Below are positions 1 to 11,745 of a DNA stretch of 64,000 nt, piece after piece. The first letter of the stretch is position 1. Every line of letters begins with the position of its first letter. Below the pieces are notes generated by a model that had not been told where the DNA came from, did no database searches, and saw only the letters and a program-made list of their open reading frames with translations. The position numbers and the translations under genes were made by a program. Source of the stretch: Eledone cirrhosa (Eukaryota); assembly GCA_964016885.1 (NCBI GenBank), contig OZ024742.1, positions 327,360,001 to 327,424,000 on the forward strand, given 5' to 3'.

Positions 1-380
1 CCCTGAGCACCTTTTTGATCTCCATGTGTCTAACACACGTGGACATGCCTACAAAGTCAGAAAACAGCACAGCTCCCATGACGTTCGTAAACATTTTTTC
101 ACGCTCAGAGTTGCTGAAGCATGGAACAAACTGCCTGCGTCAGTTGTTAGCTGCCGAGACACTGCATCCTTTAAAACACTCATGCTTCCTGAAATATGCC
201 AAAACTACACCTGATGTACCCCTTCCATACACATGCACACATGCGTATATCATGACTCATGCACTGTTCCTTTTCCTGACGTTTGTACATTATCTTATGT
301 ACTATACATACACTTTTTGATGAGTTGTAGTGCACCTGAGCACTGTACACAATATTTCATTATTATTATTATTATTATTA
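1..380 (+). mobile_element. CR1-clade LINE 3' end (ORF2 C-terminus, 3' UTR, (ATT)n tail)
   Basis: Translation NTRGHAYKVRKQHSSHDVRKHFFTLRVAEAWNKLP fits the CR1 ORF2 end motif (RxxFFxxRVxxxWNxLP). Ends gcacctgagcactgtacacaatatttc(att)n. Same family as 12871-13860. Confidence 0.85.
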
Positions 381-572
381 TGTGGATTGGCAGTATCGGT
401 AGAGGGTCTGACGCCATGCTTTGCAGCAAAGAGTTACGGCCCTTTATGGTCTGAGTTCAAATCCCGCTGTGATTAACTTTGCCTTTCATCCTTACGGGGT
501 CGATAAAATAAAGTACCAGTAATGCACTGGGTAATTGCTGGCCTTGTGCCAAAAGTAGAAACAATTATTTAT
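381..572 (+). mobile_element. tRNA-derived SINE family A (Deu/Nin-domain-like core)
   Basis: A-box-like tggcagtatcgg, B-box gagttcaaatcc, core actttgcctttcatccttacggggtcgataaaataaagtaccag, end gtagaaacaatt(att). Many copies in the window. Domain name from recall. Confidence 0.85.
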
Positions 573-586
573 TATAGTATTGTAAT

Positions 587-800
587 AGGGCAGTGGATTG
601 GCAGAATCAGTAGAGCATGAGACCAAATTCTTTGTATCTTTTAGTTATGGACCTTTATGTTCCTTGTTTAAATCCCACTAAGGTCAACTTTGCCTTTCAT
701 CCTTGCTGGGTTGATAAAATAAAGGACCAGTCAAGTACTGGGTTGATATAATCAACTTTCCCTTCCCTCAAAAACAATGTGCCTAAATTAGAAATCATTA
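587..800 (+). mobile_element. SINE family A, diverged longer variant
   Basis: gggcagtggattggcagaatc...aaatccc...actttgcctttcatcc...gataaaataaaggaccagtcaagtactggg...agaaatcattatt. Confidence 0.75.
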
Positions 801-819
801 TTCTAGTGTTATAATGACG

Positions 820-1020
820 TAGTAGCTTTGTAGAACAATTGTCCCCGGAGAAGTCAGTATGATCGAACCTATATATTATGTCTGATAGTATACAGTTCTC
901 TAACTGCTATAGATCAGTCAATATATCAATATAATCAACCCTCCGAAACGATCGTAAAACAATGAAATGAATATGTAAAATAACTTGCCTTCGTTATTAT
1001 TATTATTGTTAAACTAACAT

Positions 1021-1022
<2 letters not shown>
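820..1022 (+). mobile_element. Degenerate hammerhead-bearing Penelope-like mini-element next to (TA)n
   Basis: GAAACGATCGTA at 945-956 (palindromic stem III + UA). Following aaacaat can pair with attgt at 838-842. 5' core is decayed (ccggaga). Motif shared with 8761-8772 and 62713-62722. Confidence 0.45.
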
Positions 1023-1091
<69 letters not shown>

Positions 1092-1094
<3 letters not shown>

Positions 1095-1791
1095 TGAGAA
1101 ATTAGGAATAAGAGGGATCAGATGCTGTTTACTCGAGAGAAGACTACGTTGGTATGGCCACGTGATGCGCATGAAAGACGAAGCTGTATAAAAAAGTGCA
1201 GGGCGATCAAAATTGATGGTAGTTATGGAGTAGGTAGACCCAGAAAAACCTGGGACGATCTGATAAATTCCGACCTTACACACTTGCACCTCTCTAAGAC
1301 AATGTCACTTGACCGAGATCTTTGGCACTATGCAATAATACAGAAGAGCCGCCTTGCCTATGTACAAAGCGAAACCTACAGTCAGTAGGCACCTCTTTAC
1401 CAAATATACACTCCAATCCACTACTTCTACCCTATCCTCCCACTCCCACCAACACCACCCTCTCTCTCTGTAAAGTTGGTACCACAACATCCAGTCCAAA
1501 TAAATGAGATAATGAGATCAAGATTGTGTAGGTGTCACGAGAAAAATACAAACTGTCCACGCTGTAATGTGGCCGTGTAGGTAACATGGTAAAAAGTTCT
1601 CAGTTCCACACTGTAAATGTGGTTGGTGTTAGGAAGGGCATCCAGCCGTAGAAAACCTGCCAGATAGTCCTATATGAACGAGACATGGTCTCCCGACCAA
1701 CCTTGCTTCAAGTGGGACAACTCCCCTCTAACCCATGCTAGCGTGGAAAATGGACGTTAAACGAAGATGATGATGATGATGATGATGATGA

Positions 1792-1795
<4 letters not shown>
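1092..1795 (+). mobile_element. RTE-clade LINE 3' end with (GAT)n tail
   Basis: Frameshifted translation ERRLRWYGHVMRM...GRPRKTW (RTE C-terminal motifs). 3' UTR gttggtgttaggaagggcatccagccgtagaaa...aacccatgctagcgtggaaaatggacgttaaac(gat)n. Confidence 0.85.
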
Positions 1796-1874
<79 letters not shown>

Positions 1875-2197
1875 TATCCAGACTGCAGAGGACATGTGCT
1901 GACTAGAGAGAAATGAAGCAACTGTGCTTTATTGGATGCGCACACCATGGTCACAGTCTAATGATTAAAATGACTTCTGTAGAAGGAAGACTTGTGTGCA
2001 TGGGTGATTACTGGTTTTCACAAAACACCTTTCTCAGACTTGTGCCTCAGAGAGGTAAACCAGTCATGAGTGTCAAGTCCATGGCTTGTTATAACCAAAG
2101 GGTAAACTTTCCTTTCATTTCTTTTTTTATAAACAACTAATATTTTGTTCCATAGTTTATCAGCTGAATCATTTTACAAATAAGATAAATGTTGTGT

Positions 2198-2352
2198 AGG
2201 CGGTGAATTGACAGAGTCATTAGAAGGTGGGATAGAATGCTTTATGGTATTTGTTCAGGCTCTCTGCTCTCGGAGTTCAAATCCCACTGAGGTCAACTTT
2301 GCCTTTCATCCTTTTGAGGTCGATAAAAAAAAGTACCTGTCTTATACTGGGT
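2198..2352 (+). mobile_element. SINE family A, diverged
   Basis: ggcggtgaattgacagag...gagttcaaatccc...aactttgcctttcatccttttgaggtcgataaaa. Confidence 0.75.
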
Positions 2353-2462
2353 TCGAATCTTCTTCTTTATCTTTTTCTCATTTTCTCTCTCACTTTCTTT
2401 CTTCCTCTGGAAGGAATCTGCTGTACTCAGGTCTGGAGTAGAATGGACTCTACCAGGTTTAA

Positions 2463-2677
2463 CCCTTTAGCATTTACATTTCTCTATATATACTCTTGTA
2501 TTTTCACGGAAAACACTTTATCTTACATAATTATCTCACATATCGAATCTACGAGATTTTGATATTTATTTTGAGAACAATACCTTAACGTCAGTATGAG
2601 TGACTGGTTACAGTCGGTTTGAACAGAATGAGATGGGAGAATTCTGGCCAGATATGACCGGTTTAAATACTAAAGGG
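2463..2677 (+). mobile_element. piggyBac-like MITE (~215 bp)
   Basis: TTAA|CCCTTTAGCATTTA...TAAATACTAAAGGG|TTAA: TTAA target duplication and TIRs starting CCC, as in piggyBac. Confidence 0.75.
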
Positions 2678-3162
2678 TTAAAATGCCCAAGAAACAACGT
2701 ATGTCAATACAGCGCCCCTGTGACTATATCAGGAGTTACAGGAATATACTTACATAAATGTTGTGTATGCAAAAGATTATGTCACTGATTGTATTCCATA
2801 GTTATCTATGATGTATGTAGACTGTAGTAGAATATTATAGATAATGTTTTTTTTTATTTTTCTTAAATTATTTCGATTATACTATCAGGAAGCTTTTACA
2901 ATTCCACCAACCTTAATGTGTCTCATTATTCTTAAACGGTTTCAAATAAAGATTAGGTCCAGTTGTTTTATTTATTCATTTTATATTGTAATTTGTGAAC
3001 AATAGTGTAATTGATTATAGGTTTCCAGTGAGCCCATCACTGATACATTGTATTTCGATGGCAGCAATGATAAAGGAGTGTCACCAGTTTTTCAGGTTCC
3101 GAGACAATGTTTATAATCTTACCCTATTTTACATCAATAAAGCATAAACGAACTAAAGAAAA

Positions 3163-3920
<758 letters not shown>

Positions 3921-4229
3921 ATATATGTGTGTGTGTGGCTGGCTTCCACATAGTTTCTACCAAATTTTGCTTGGTGCTGTGGAGTGAAATCAAATCTAGA
4001 ATCACACATTTCCAAATAAACATCCATGTCTTTTTTATGTAATAATCTTCCCCAAATGTAATAATCTTCTAATGATGGTGCCCCAGCATGGCCTCGGCCT
4101 GTCGGCTGGAACACGTATTAGAGTAATAGAGTAAATTATCAAAAGGTTTTTGCTCAGGCCAAAATAAATTCTCAATATCATGATCTTGGAGAAATCATTA
4201 GACTAATTTATCCAAATAAAAGGCATTAG

Positions 4230-4600
4230 TAGTAGCATCAAAAGTATGATTCAATATGATGTCCAGTGGTGACAAAAAATCAATTCTTTCCTTAAGGAAA
4301 CCCTGAAAAAAAATCACCCACATCTTCTAGCCCAACAAAGTTTCAAATGAAGAGGTGTACTGTAAAACAGGTTGAAATAGTGTGGTCCTTGAAATAAAAC
4401 ACTGGCTGTGTAAATGGCTTGGCCACCCATTCAGAATGGACTACAACAGGATACAAAGGGTATTATTAAAGATGGACACCAACTAGAAAAGTAAAAGCCC
4501 TGATAGTCAAAGAGGTTGATGAGGTGTAATCTCTCTGTCATCCTTGTCAGGTCTGGAGGTTTGGTCTCCAGGTACCTACGTATGATTTTTGAAAGGACTG
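4230..4600 (+). mobile_element. Old degenerate RTE-like LINE C-terminal fragment
   Basis: ~4400-4490 reads KWLGHPFRMDYNRIQRVLL/RWTPT, resembling the RTE motif WLGHxxRMxxxRIPxxxLxWxP. Frameshifted; boundaries approximate. Confidence 0.5.
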
Positions 4601-4770
4601 GAGTTCTGAGAATGCAGATGGTGTCCTTCAAGGTTAGCCAAGTCACAGTGGGGACAGGATTGATGCTGAGCATGGCAATTTAGAATTTGATTTCACTGTA
4701 GCTCACATTGACAACATCAGACTTTAGGTGCCTTAGGGCAGGGATGATCCACTGGAGGTCCTCAGCAACG

Positions 4771-5130
4771 TGCCCCAGAGGTAAAGTGATATAATATGAG
4801 TTGGAGAGAGTTAGCCCAAACCAAGAAATGACAGATAAGTGGATGATGCCCCAGAGGTATCCAATAATATAATGTGAGGTAGAGAGAGCCAGTCCAATCC
4901 AAGAGATGATAGCTATATAGATGGATAGATAGATAGATGGTGGCTCAAAGGTATGCAATAATATAATCTGAGGTGAGAGAGCCAAACCAATACAAGAGAT
5001 GATAGAGAGATGGTGCCCTAGAAGTATGCAATAATATAATGTGAGGTGGAGAAAGCCAGCTCATTCTAGGAGATGAAAGATAGATGGATGGATAGATGGA
5101 TAGATGGAGCCCCATAGGCATGCAATAATC
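4771..5130. repeat. Minisatellite, 4-5 diverged units of ~70-95 bp
   Basis: Recurrent tgccccagaggtatgcaataatataatgtgaggtgagagagccag...ccaagagatgat followed by variable (atag/atgg)n. Confidence 0.75.
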
Positions 5131-5481
5131 TTCTATATAACTCGTTACTAAAATAAATTGTAATCATAGATAAAACTATACACAGGCGTCTGGCATCTCG
5201 GTAAATGTAAATTAAACAAAACGAAATACAAGATATAACAAAATAGATCTAAATACAAGAACAACAAAAATGATAACAAGAAAATACAAGAAGCATAATA
5301 AATAAATAGCAGAATCTATTTTTGTTCATTCAAAACAAGCTGTATTTATAGTTTGGTTTTAAGAAATGTGGAAATTTGTCCTGAGAAGATATTTAAACAA
5401 CTAATGTGTGTTCTTTTGAAAAGAGCCACATATCAGTATTCCATCTGTAGAAATTACACATTGCTAGATGTTATATTATTA

Positions 5482-5676
5482 AGGTTCTGTGAATTGGCAG
5501 CATCGGTAGTGGGTCGGGTGCCATGCTTTGCAGCATAGAGTCATGGCCCTTTACGTTCTGAGTTCAAATCCTGCTGAGGTTAGCTTTGACTTTCATCCTT
5601 ACAGGGTCGATAAAATGAAGCACCAGTAATGCACTGGGATAATTGCTGGCCTTGTGCCAAAATTAGAAACAATTAT
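5482..5676 (+). mobile_element. SINE family A
   Basis: A/B boxes, core and agaaacaattatt end. attattaag occurs on both sides (possible TSD). Confidence 0.85.
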
Positions 5677-5839
5677 TAAGATTCAGTTGATCACAAACAT
5701 CTAAAAATACTCCACCTGTTACAACCATCTATCAATATTCTATCAGTTGTACATTGCTAAATATTATTTCTCTGTCCTGTATCTGCTATGCCTTGCTAGA
5801 TATTACTGTTGTATACTCTATCAATATTCTATTAGTTAT

Positions 5840-6059
5840 CCCTTTAATGTTCAAACCGGCCAAAACCGGCCAGAATTCTCTACCTCTTTCTGCTGAAACT
5901 GGCTGTAACCGGTCACTCAAACTGATGTTAAGGTATTGTTCTCAAAATAAATACTTTCAAAATCTCATAGATTCGATATTATGTGAGATAATCATGTGAG
6001 GTAAATCCTTTACCATGAAAATATAATAGTATATATAAAGTAATGTAAATGCTAAAGGG
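5840..6059 (-). mobile_element. piggyBac-like MITE
   Basis: Reverse-complement homologue of 2463-2677: TTAT|CCCTTTAA...GCTAAAGGG|TTAT. Confidence 0.7.
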
Positions 6060-6074
6060 TTATACAATAATAGG

Positions 6075-6165
6075 TGAAGGCACTTGGCTTAGTGCTTAGA
6101 GCATTGGGCTTACAATCATAAGGTTGTGAATTCAATTCTCGGACTGAGCTTTGCGTTGTGTTCTT
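6075..6165 (+). mobile_element. SINE family B, tRNA head fragment
   Basis: ggcacttggcttagtgcttagagcattggg...ggttgtgaattcaattctc matches the head at 46999. Confidence 0.65.
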
Positions 6166-6984
6166 GGTTTTCATTGTAGTGGACTTTAGTTTTATTATTT
6201 GCATATCAAATGTTAGTTGTTTTTTTTTGTAATTGAGGAATCGTATTTGTATGGTGTGTCTGGGATTGTTTATGTTATCGAAATTCTAGGGTTTTGTTGA
6301 TTAGATATCAATTTCCTTGCAAATGCTTATAGTAGATGTAGTTTTAATATGTATACATTGTTTTTATAACTGGGTGATTGTATTTTGTATGGTGTCTGTT
6401 GGATAGTTTAGGTTGGTTTTAGTAGGATTATGTTAAGGAAATATAAGTATGTTTGTGTGTTAATGTATGTATGTGTATACCTACCTACCTACCTACATAC
6501 ATACATACATGAAAGCATGGGTACAATTAAAGCTGTTAGTGTGTGCTGTTGTTTAGGTGTATTGTTTCGTTGTTGTTTTCATAAGGTTTCATCTTTTTGA
6601 CTGAATGGTAGTGATGGTGGTGGCAGTTGATGTTGTTGTTTGGCTTATCATTTTGATGCTGCTGTTGTTGTTGTTGATATAGATGTTGGTATTCATTAGC
6701 CCTGAACCGGTCACTAAATACACACACACAATATATATATATATATATAAACATAATTAGTATTCTATAAGAATCCAGTTTCTACAGCTCACAGCAAAAA
6801 CAGAGGCGATACATAACCACTAAACAGCCAGAAACGCTCAATCGTTGGTTATTTCCCTTCGTTTTTGCTGAAGCTAGGTATGTCACTAACTTAAATTTGT
6901 AGCAAAAGGCCTTCAAAATATTTTAAAATAAACATAAAGTATATTATTAATTATACAATATGTACATTCATACATACATATACA

Positions 6985-7250
6985 ATAAAAATGGCGTAGA
7001 CATACAATACAACAGGAGGAACATAATAGTACCACTGATGATGTTGCAGATGTGCAACGAAAGTACTTTGTTAGACTATATGTGTTTATATCTGTATTTT
7101 TGACGGTTGGTCAGTCAATGATAAATATTGAGGACCAAATGAATTAACTATGGAGATATAAAAGATACAGAAACGAAAACTAACCAAACAGTGAGTGTGT
7201 TGTGTTATTATTTCTGGCAATATTATTGTAAAATGACCCTCCCCAAGTAT

Positions 7251-7256
<6 letters not shown>
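6985..7256 (+). mobile_element. Penelope-like/retrozyme-like mini-element ending at (TA)n
   Basis: Homologous to 54111-54410 (minus strand). Contains the hammerhead at 7026-7079 and ends tgaccctccccaagtataacaa(ta)n. Confidence 0.65.
7026..7079 (+). ncRNA. Minimal type I hammerhead ribozyme candidate
   Basis: CTGATGA (7035-41), t, stem II GTTGCA-gatg-TGCAAC, GAAA (7059-62), palindromic stem III AGTACT, then T. Imperfect stem I atagtacca/tgttagactat. Confidence 0.7.
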
Positions 7257-7291
<35 letters not shown>

Positions 7292-7336
7292 TCCAAGAGT
7301 AAGAGCACTCAGTCCATAGGACGAGTTTAGTATAAA

Positions 7337-7474
7337 TAATTACAAGAGTAAACAGGTTCTGGACCCCAACTCATTCAGCCTGTCATGAGAAACATAATTA
7401 TGACAGGGTGAATGAGTTGGGGTCCAGAACCCAACGAAACATAAGTACTTGTTTATGTCACTGTTGTAATTATA
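7337..7474. mobile_element. Foldback mini-element with hammerhead variant
   Basis: Arms ggttctggaccccaactcattcagcctgtcat / atgacagggtgaatgagttggggtccagaacc. Right arm 7403-7452 folds acagg-(G/C)TGAATGA-GTTGGG..CCCAAC-GAAA-cataag-TA-cttgt. Confidence 0.6.
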
Positions 7475-7484
7475 TATATATATA

Positions 7485-7819
7485 TCATCATCTTTCATCA
7501 TCATTTCATTTTACGTCCGCTTTTCCCTGCTTGCAAGGGTGGGACGGGAACTGATTCTGGCTTGATTTCTACAGCTGGATACCAACCTCATTTACAGTGA
7601 GTGGTGAGTGCTTTTTTGCCGTGGCACCTCGACGACCACTTTGCAGTGGAATGATATGGACCCCAGTCTCTATCATCTCATTTCTATAACTGAGTAAACT
7701 GGAGCAATGTGAAATAAAGTGTCTTGCTCAAGGAAACAACACATCACCCGGTCTGAGAATTGAACTCACAACCTTTTGATTGCAAGGCCAATGCTCTAAC
7801 CACTAAGCCATGTGCCTCC
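7485..7819 (-). mobile_element. SINE family B (tRNA head, CORE-like domain, RTE-derived tail)
   Basis: Reverse complement of 46999-47346, including ccttgagcaagacactt and the (GAT)n tail. Confidence 0.85.
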
Positions 7820-7844
7820 ATATATATATATACCCCCCACGCAC

Positions 7845-7924
<80 letters not shown>

Positions 7925-7928
<4 letters not shown>

Positions 7929-8111
7929 TGGATTGGCAGTATTGGTAGAGTGTCGGATGCCATGCTTTGGCGCATTGAGTTACGGCCCTTGCCATTCTGA
8001 GTTCAAATCCCGCCGAGGTGAACTTTGCCTTTCATCCTTACGGGGTCGATAAAATAAAGTACCAGTAATACACTGGGTAATTGCTGGCCTTGTGCCTAAC
8101 GTAGAAACAAT

Positions 8112-8112
<1 letters not shown>
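7925..8112 (+). mobile_element. SINE family A
   Basis: Full head, core and gtagaaacaatt end, between (TA)n tracts. Confidence 0.85.
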
Positions 8113-8159
<47 letters not shown>

Positions 8160-8164
<5 letters not shown>

Positions 8165-8306
8165 AACGAGTAGGACCCCGACGGCTGAGCTCAAATTGAG
8201 CTCAGCCGTCGAGGTCCTACTCGTTCCTATTACCCACTCTACTACCCTAAGTATTGAGTACTTTGGTGCGTTATGGTCCACCTGGCTCCTTACCACATTT
8301 CCTTCG

Positions 8307-8308
<2 letters not shown>
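8160..8308. repeat. Near-perfect ~34-bp-arm hairpin plus ~78-bp tail inside (TA)n
   Basis: ataggaacgagtaggaccccgacggctgagctca / tgagctcagccgtcgaggtcctactcgttcctat, then unique tail to 8308. Confidence 0.85.
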
Positions 8309-8365
<57 letters not shown>

Positions 8366-8462
8366 TATGTATATATATATATATATATATATACATAGTA
8401 ATAATATTAAATGTGAAGACTAAAATCCAAAGAGGGCTCGATAAGGATAAATATATATATAT

Positions 8463-8970
8463 ATAAATTAATAAAAACAATGAATAAAAGCAAAGAAACA
8501 GTTCCTTATATTAAAAAATTCATCATTTTACGATCGTTTTTAGGATATGTGTGTTGGTATGTATATCATATAGATCTATGTGAACATTTTACAAACTATC
8601 AGAGGAAATATACATACCTACACATATATATGCTGTCTTCAGAAACATTTTTCTGAAGACAGCATCTATATGTGTAGGTATGTATATTTCCTCTGATAGT
8701 TTGTAAAATGTTCACTTAGATCTATATGATATACATACCAACACACACACACATATCCTAAAAACGATCGTAAAATGATGAATTTTTTTAATATAAGGAA
8801 CTGTTTCTTTGTTTTTATTCATTGTTTTTATTAATTTATCTTGACTCTGTTTTCCTGTGATTTTCATCGAAAAAATTTTAGAATACATCTTCTCTTTTCA
8901 TGATATTTGGATTACATTGAGTTCTTCATACGGATTGGACACTACCGTACATTTTGGTAGATTTATCTAC
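8463..8970. mobile_element. ~375-bp palindrome plus tail (Penelope-like foldback element)
   Basis: Arms 8463-8645 and 8650-8839 are reverse complements with a catt loop. Right arm has cattt-tt-CTGAAGA (8653)...aAAACGATCGTA-aaatg (8761-8777). Tail 8840-8970. Confidence 0.7.
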
Positions 8971-9073
8971 ATATATATATATATATATAATTCAAGAAAG
9001 AAGAGTGACATGGTTCGCTATACAATAAGGGACTGCCTATAATGATAACCTGTTATCCCGTATATATACATAC

Positions 9074-9144
<71 letters not shown>

Positions 9145-9699
9145 TGTATGCAAAAAGTAAATGGAAACAACAAAGCAAACAACACAGTACAATGAAGAAA
9201 TGTGTTAGTTTAACGCTTGCTATACTAGGAAAAGATGCTTTACATTTTGGATACTAGTCCTTCATTAGAAGATAGAACGAGAAATAAAAGATGAAATAGA
9301 GAGTGAAAAGAGAAGGGAATGGGGAAAGAACATTGTGAAGAAGCACATGACAGACACAACTCCAACCACCACACCAATACACATACTCATTCTCACAACA
9401 TCTGTATACACTACACCACACATATACACCTCTGCACTCATATAACCCTCAAATTGTTACTCACACACATGCATATCCACCTTATTGGACCCATTTGTTT
9501 CACCACACACAGGATTTAGCCTTCTATAAACACAATCTGCATACACACACATACGTTTACATCATATATGCATACATTTGCATCCATGGTCATTATAACA
9601 CCACCTACACTCCCCCTACATATTTAGATGCATGCATGTGTATGTGCATATGTATATATATATATGCTCTTGGTCATCACACACCACAGACATACAACA

Positions 9700-10200
9700 G
9701 TCCATGGCTCTCGCTTGAGGGTGCATGTGTGCTTGTATCTCCTGTGTGCCTGGCTGTGTTCATGTAGCACTCAGTGTCACAACTGAGGCACCATTGGTGT
9801 TAAATGTTTGCCAACATTTACTCTGCCCCCCCCCCCCCTTCTGGTTTTATCCCCCTCCATGCATGCAATGACTCCGCACTTTGTAGTGTAGCCATTTGCA
9901 GTCGTAGCCGAAGCTATGTAGTGTCTTCTACGGCCATACCCATAACAACAACATTCTCAGTAGATAGTTGACAGTCTGATACAATCGAGGACCTTCTCAC
10001 TCCTGTTGGAGAAACCCCTTGCTGGTTGATCTCCACTGCTTTCTGTTTTGTTTTGGTCATGTCAGGGGTGAAACTGTACTCACCATGTTTAGCCAACTGA
10101 GGGTTAGTGAGGCTATTTAACCTATAGTTGGGGTGGATGGCTGTTGGCTCTGTAGAGTTCATCCACCCTTGTAACAGGTCTTGTTTTTTGAGCTGCTGGG
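9700..10200 (-). mobile_element. Diverged RTE-like 5' region, related to 58390-58947
   Basis: Minus strand aaaaaacaagacctgttacaagggtggatgaactctacagagccaacagccatcc aligns to aaaaacaaaaccagtcaaaaggtaaaggggctcttaagagtcaatagccatcc (~58476-58527). Confidence 0.45.
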
Positions 10201-10734
10201 GTTCAACTTTGCCTTTCACCCTCTCAGAACCAGTCAAGTACTGAGATCAATTTGATTGACTTTCTCTCCCACCAAATTTCTGGTCTTGTGTCTAAATTAA
10301 AAATCGTCATCATTATTACTATAAATATTAGTGTTTTGCACTTTTAAACACACACATACATACATGAACAAAAATAAATAATAATCCATGTCTTGATGGA
10401 GGTAATTTCTCTAAATAATGGCAATTATATGTTTTAATGACCCAAACGATTTAAAAGCGAACAATTTTCTTATGAGATGGGGGTTGGGTGCAGACACAAC
10501 TACTAAAGTAATAGAAAACTAGGTCAGTTATATTGGGTGTCATTGGTGTGGGTTAAAGTAGACAGAACTGGTTATAAATCTAAACATCTACAGTGATAAA
10601 ATATTGGTGCAAGGTTGAGGATTACTAGTAAACAGCACATTCAGCTCAGATTATAGGTCATAGGCAATCACCTCTTCTTCCTATTCATAAACAGTAATCT
10701 CCATAGAGTGTAGACACTCTAGGAAGATTACTGC

Positions 10735-10985
10735 TTAGGTAGTAATCCATTCTGCCTACTGTGTCTACATCATAGGCAGTAACACATTCTGTCTATTGTG
10801 CCTACATCATAGGCAGTAACATGTTCCTATTGTGCCTACATCATAGGCAGTAACATGTTCTTCCTATTGTGTCTACATTGTAAGCAGTAACATGTTCTGT
10901 CTTTTGTGTCTACATAATAGATAGTAACATATTCTTAGTATTATGTTTACATCATAGGCAGTAACCCATTCTGCCTATTGTGTGG
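10735..10985. repeat. Minisatellite, ~33-37 bp unit, ~7 copies
   Basis: Repeated cataggcagtaacatgttctgtctattgtgtctacat. Confidence 0.85.
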
Positions 10986-11510
10986 ACATGCTTACAAAAT
11001 CAGAAAACAGTACAGCTTCCATGACTTTCAGAAACATTTTTTCATGCTCAGAGTTGCTGAAACATGGAACAAACTACCTGCACTAATTGTTAGATGTCAG
11101 GACCCTGCATCCTTCAAAACTTCCATGCTTCCCGAAATTCGCCAACACTACACCTGATATTCCCCCTCCATACACACACATATTTATGTACCTGTGTGTA
11201 TATCATGACACTGTTCACTTTCCTGACATTTGTACATTATTCTATGGATTGGCAGTATCGGTAGTGGGTCGGGTGCCATGCTTTGGAGCATAGAGTTACG
11301 GCCCTTTATGATCTGAGTTCAAATCCCGCTGAGGTTAACTTTGCCTTTCATCCTTATGAGGTCAATAAAATAAAGCACCAGTAATGTACTGGCATAATTG
11401 CTGGCCTCATACCAAAAGTAGAAACAATTATTCTATGTACAATACATGCACATTTGATAAGTTGTAGTGCACCTGAGCACTGTACACACTAATTTTCCTT
11501 ATTATTATTA
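10981..11510 (+). mobile_element. CR1 LINE 3' end interrupted by a SINE
   Basis: Homologous to 40-380. The 3' UTR resumes at 11438 after the SINE and ends in (att)n. Confidence 0.8.
11246..11430 (+). mobile_element. SINE family A inserted in CR1 3' UTR
   Basis: 11-bp TSD attattctatg at 11236-11246 and 11427-11437. Confidence 0.9.
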
Positions 11511-11520
11511 TTTAATTCCT

Positions 11521-11745
11521 TAGGGTAGTGGATTGGCAGAATGGGTAGAGCGTCGAACAACTTGCTTAACGACATAGAGTTATGGCCCTTTACGTTCTGA
11601 GTTCAAATCCTGCCGAGGATGACTTTGCCTTTCATCTTTACGAGGTTGATAAATAAAGTACCTGTACTACACTGGACTCGACTTAATTGACTTTCCTCAC
11701 CCCTTCAAATTGCTGGGTTGTGCCTAAAGTAGAAACCATTATTAT
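11521..11745 (+). mobile_element. SINE family A (long variant)
   Basis: TSD attattatttaattcctt on both sides; A/B boxes and core present. Confidence 0.85.

Noticed and set aside
381-470. tRNA genes at SINE heads
   Set aside because: A/B boxes are present but run into SINE bodies, and no complete cloverleaf is evident.
2860-2895. Minus-strand ctgatag-tataatc-gaaa hammerhead-like string
   Set aside because: Non-canonical core and no stem II pairing; expected by chance in AT-rich DNA.
4060-4125. Hammerhead-like ctaatga...ggaacacgta
   Set aside because: Both core halves deviate and stem I is unconvincing; more likely a SINE tail.
6785-6878. Imperfect hairpin (cagcaaaaac/gtttttgctg, ataacca/tggttat)
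   Set aside because: Too diverged to assign; no ribozyme core or second copy seen.
9914-10237. 107-aa ORF as a host exon
   Set aside because: It starts inside a SINE remnant and overlaps sequence homologous to the repeat at 58390-58947.
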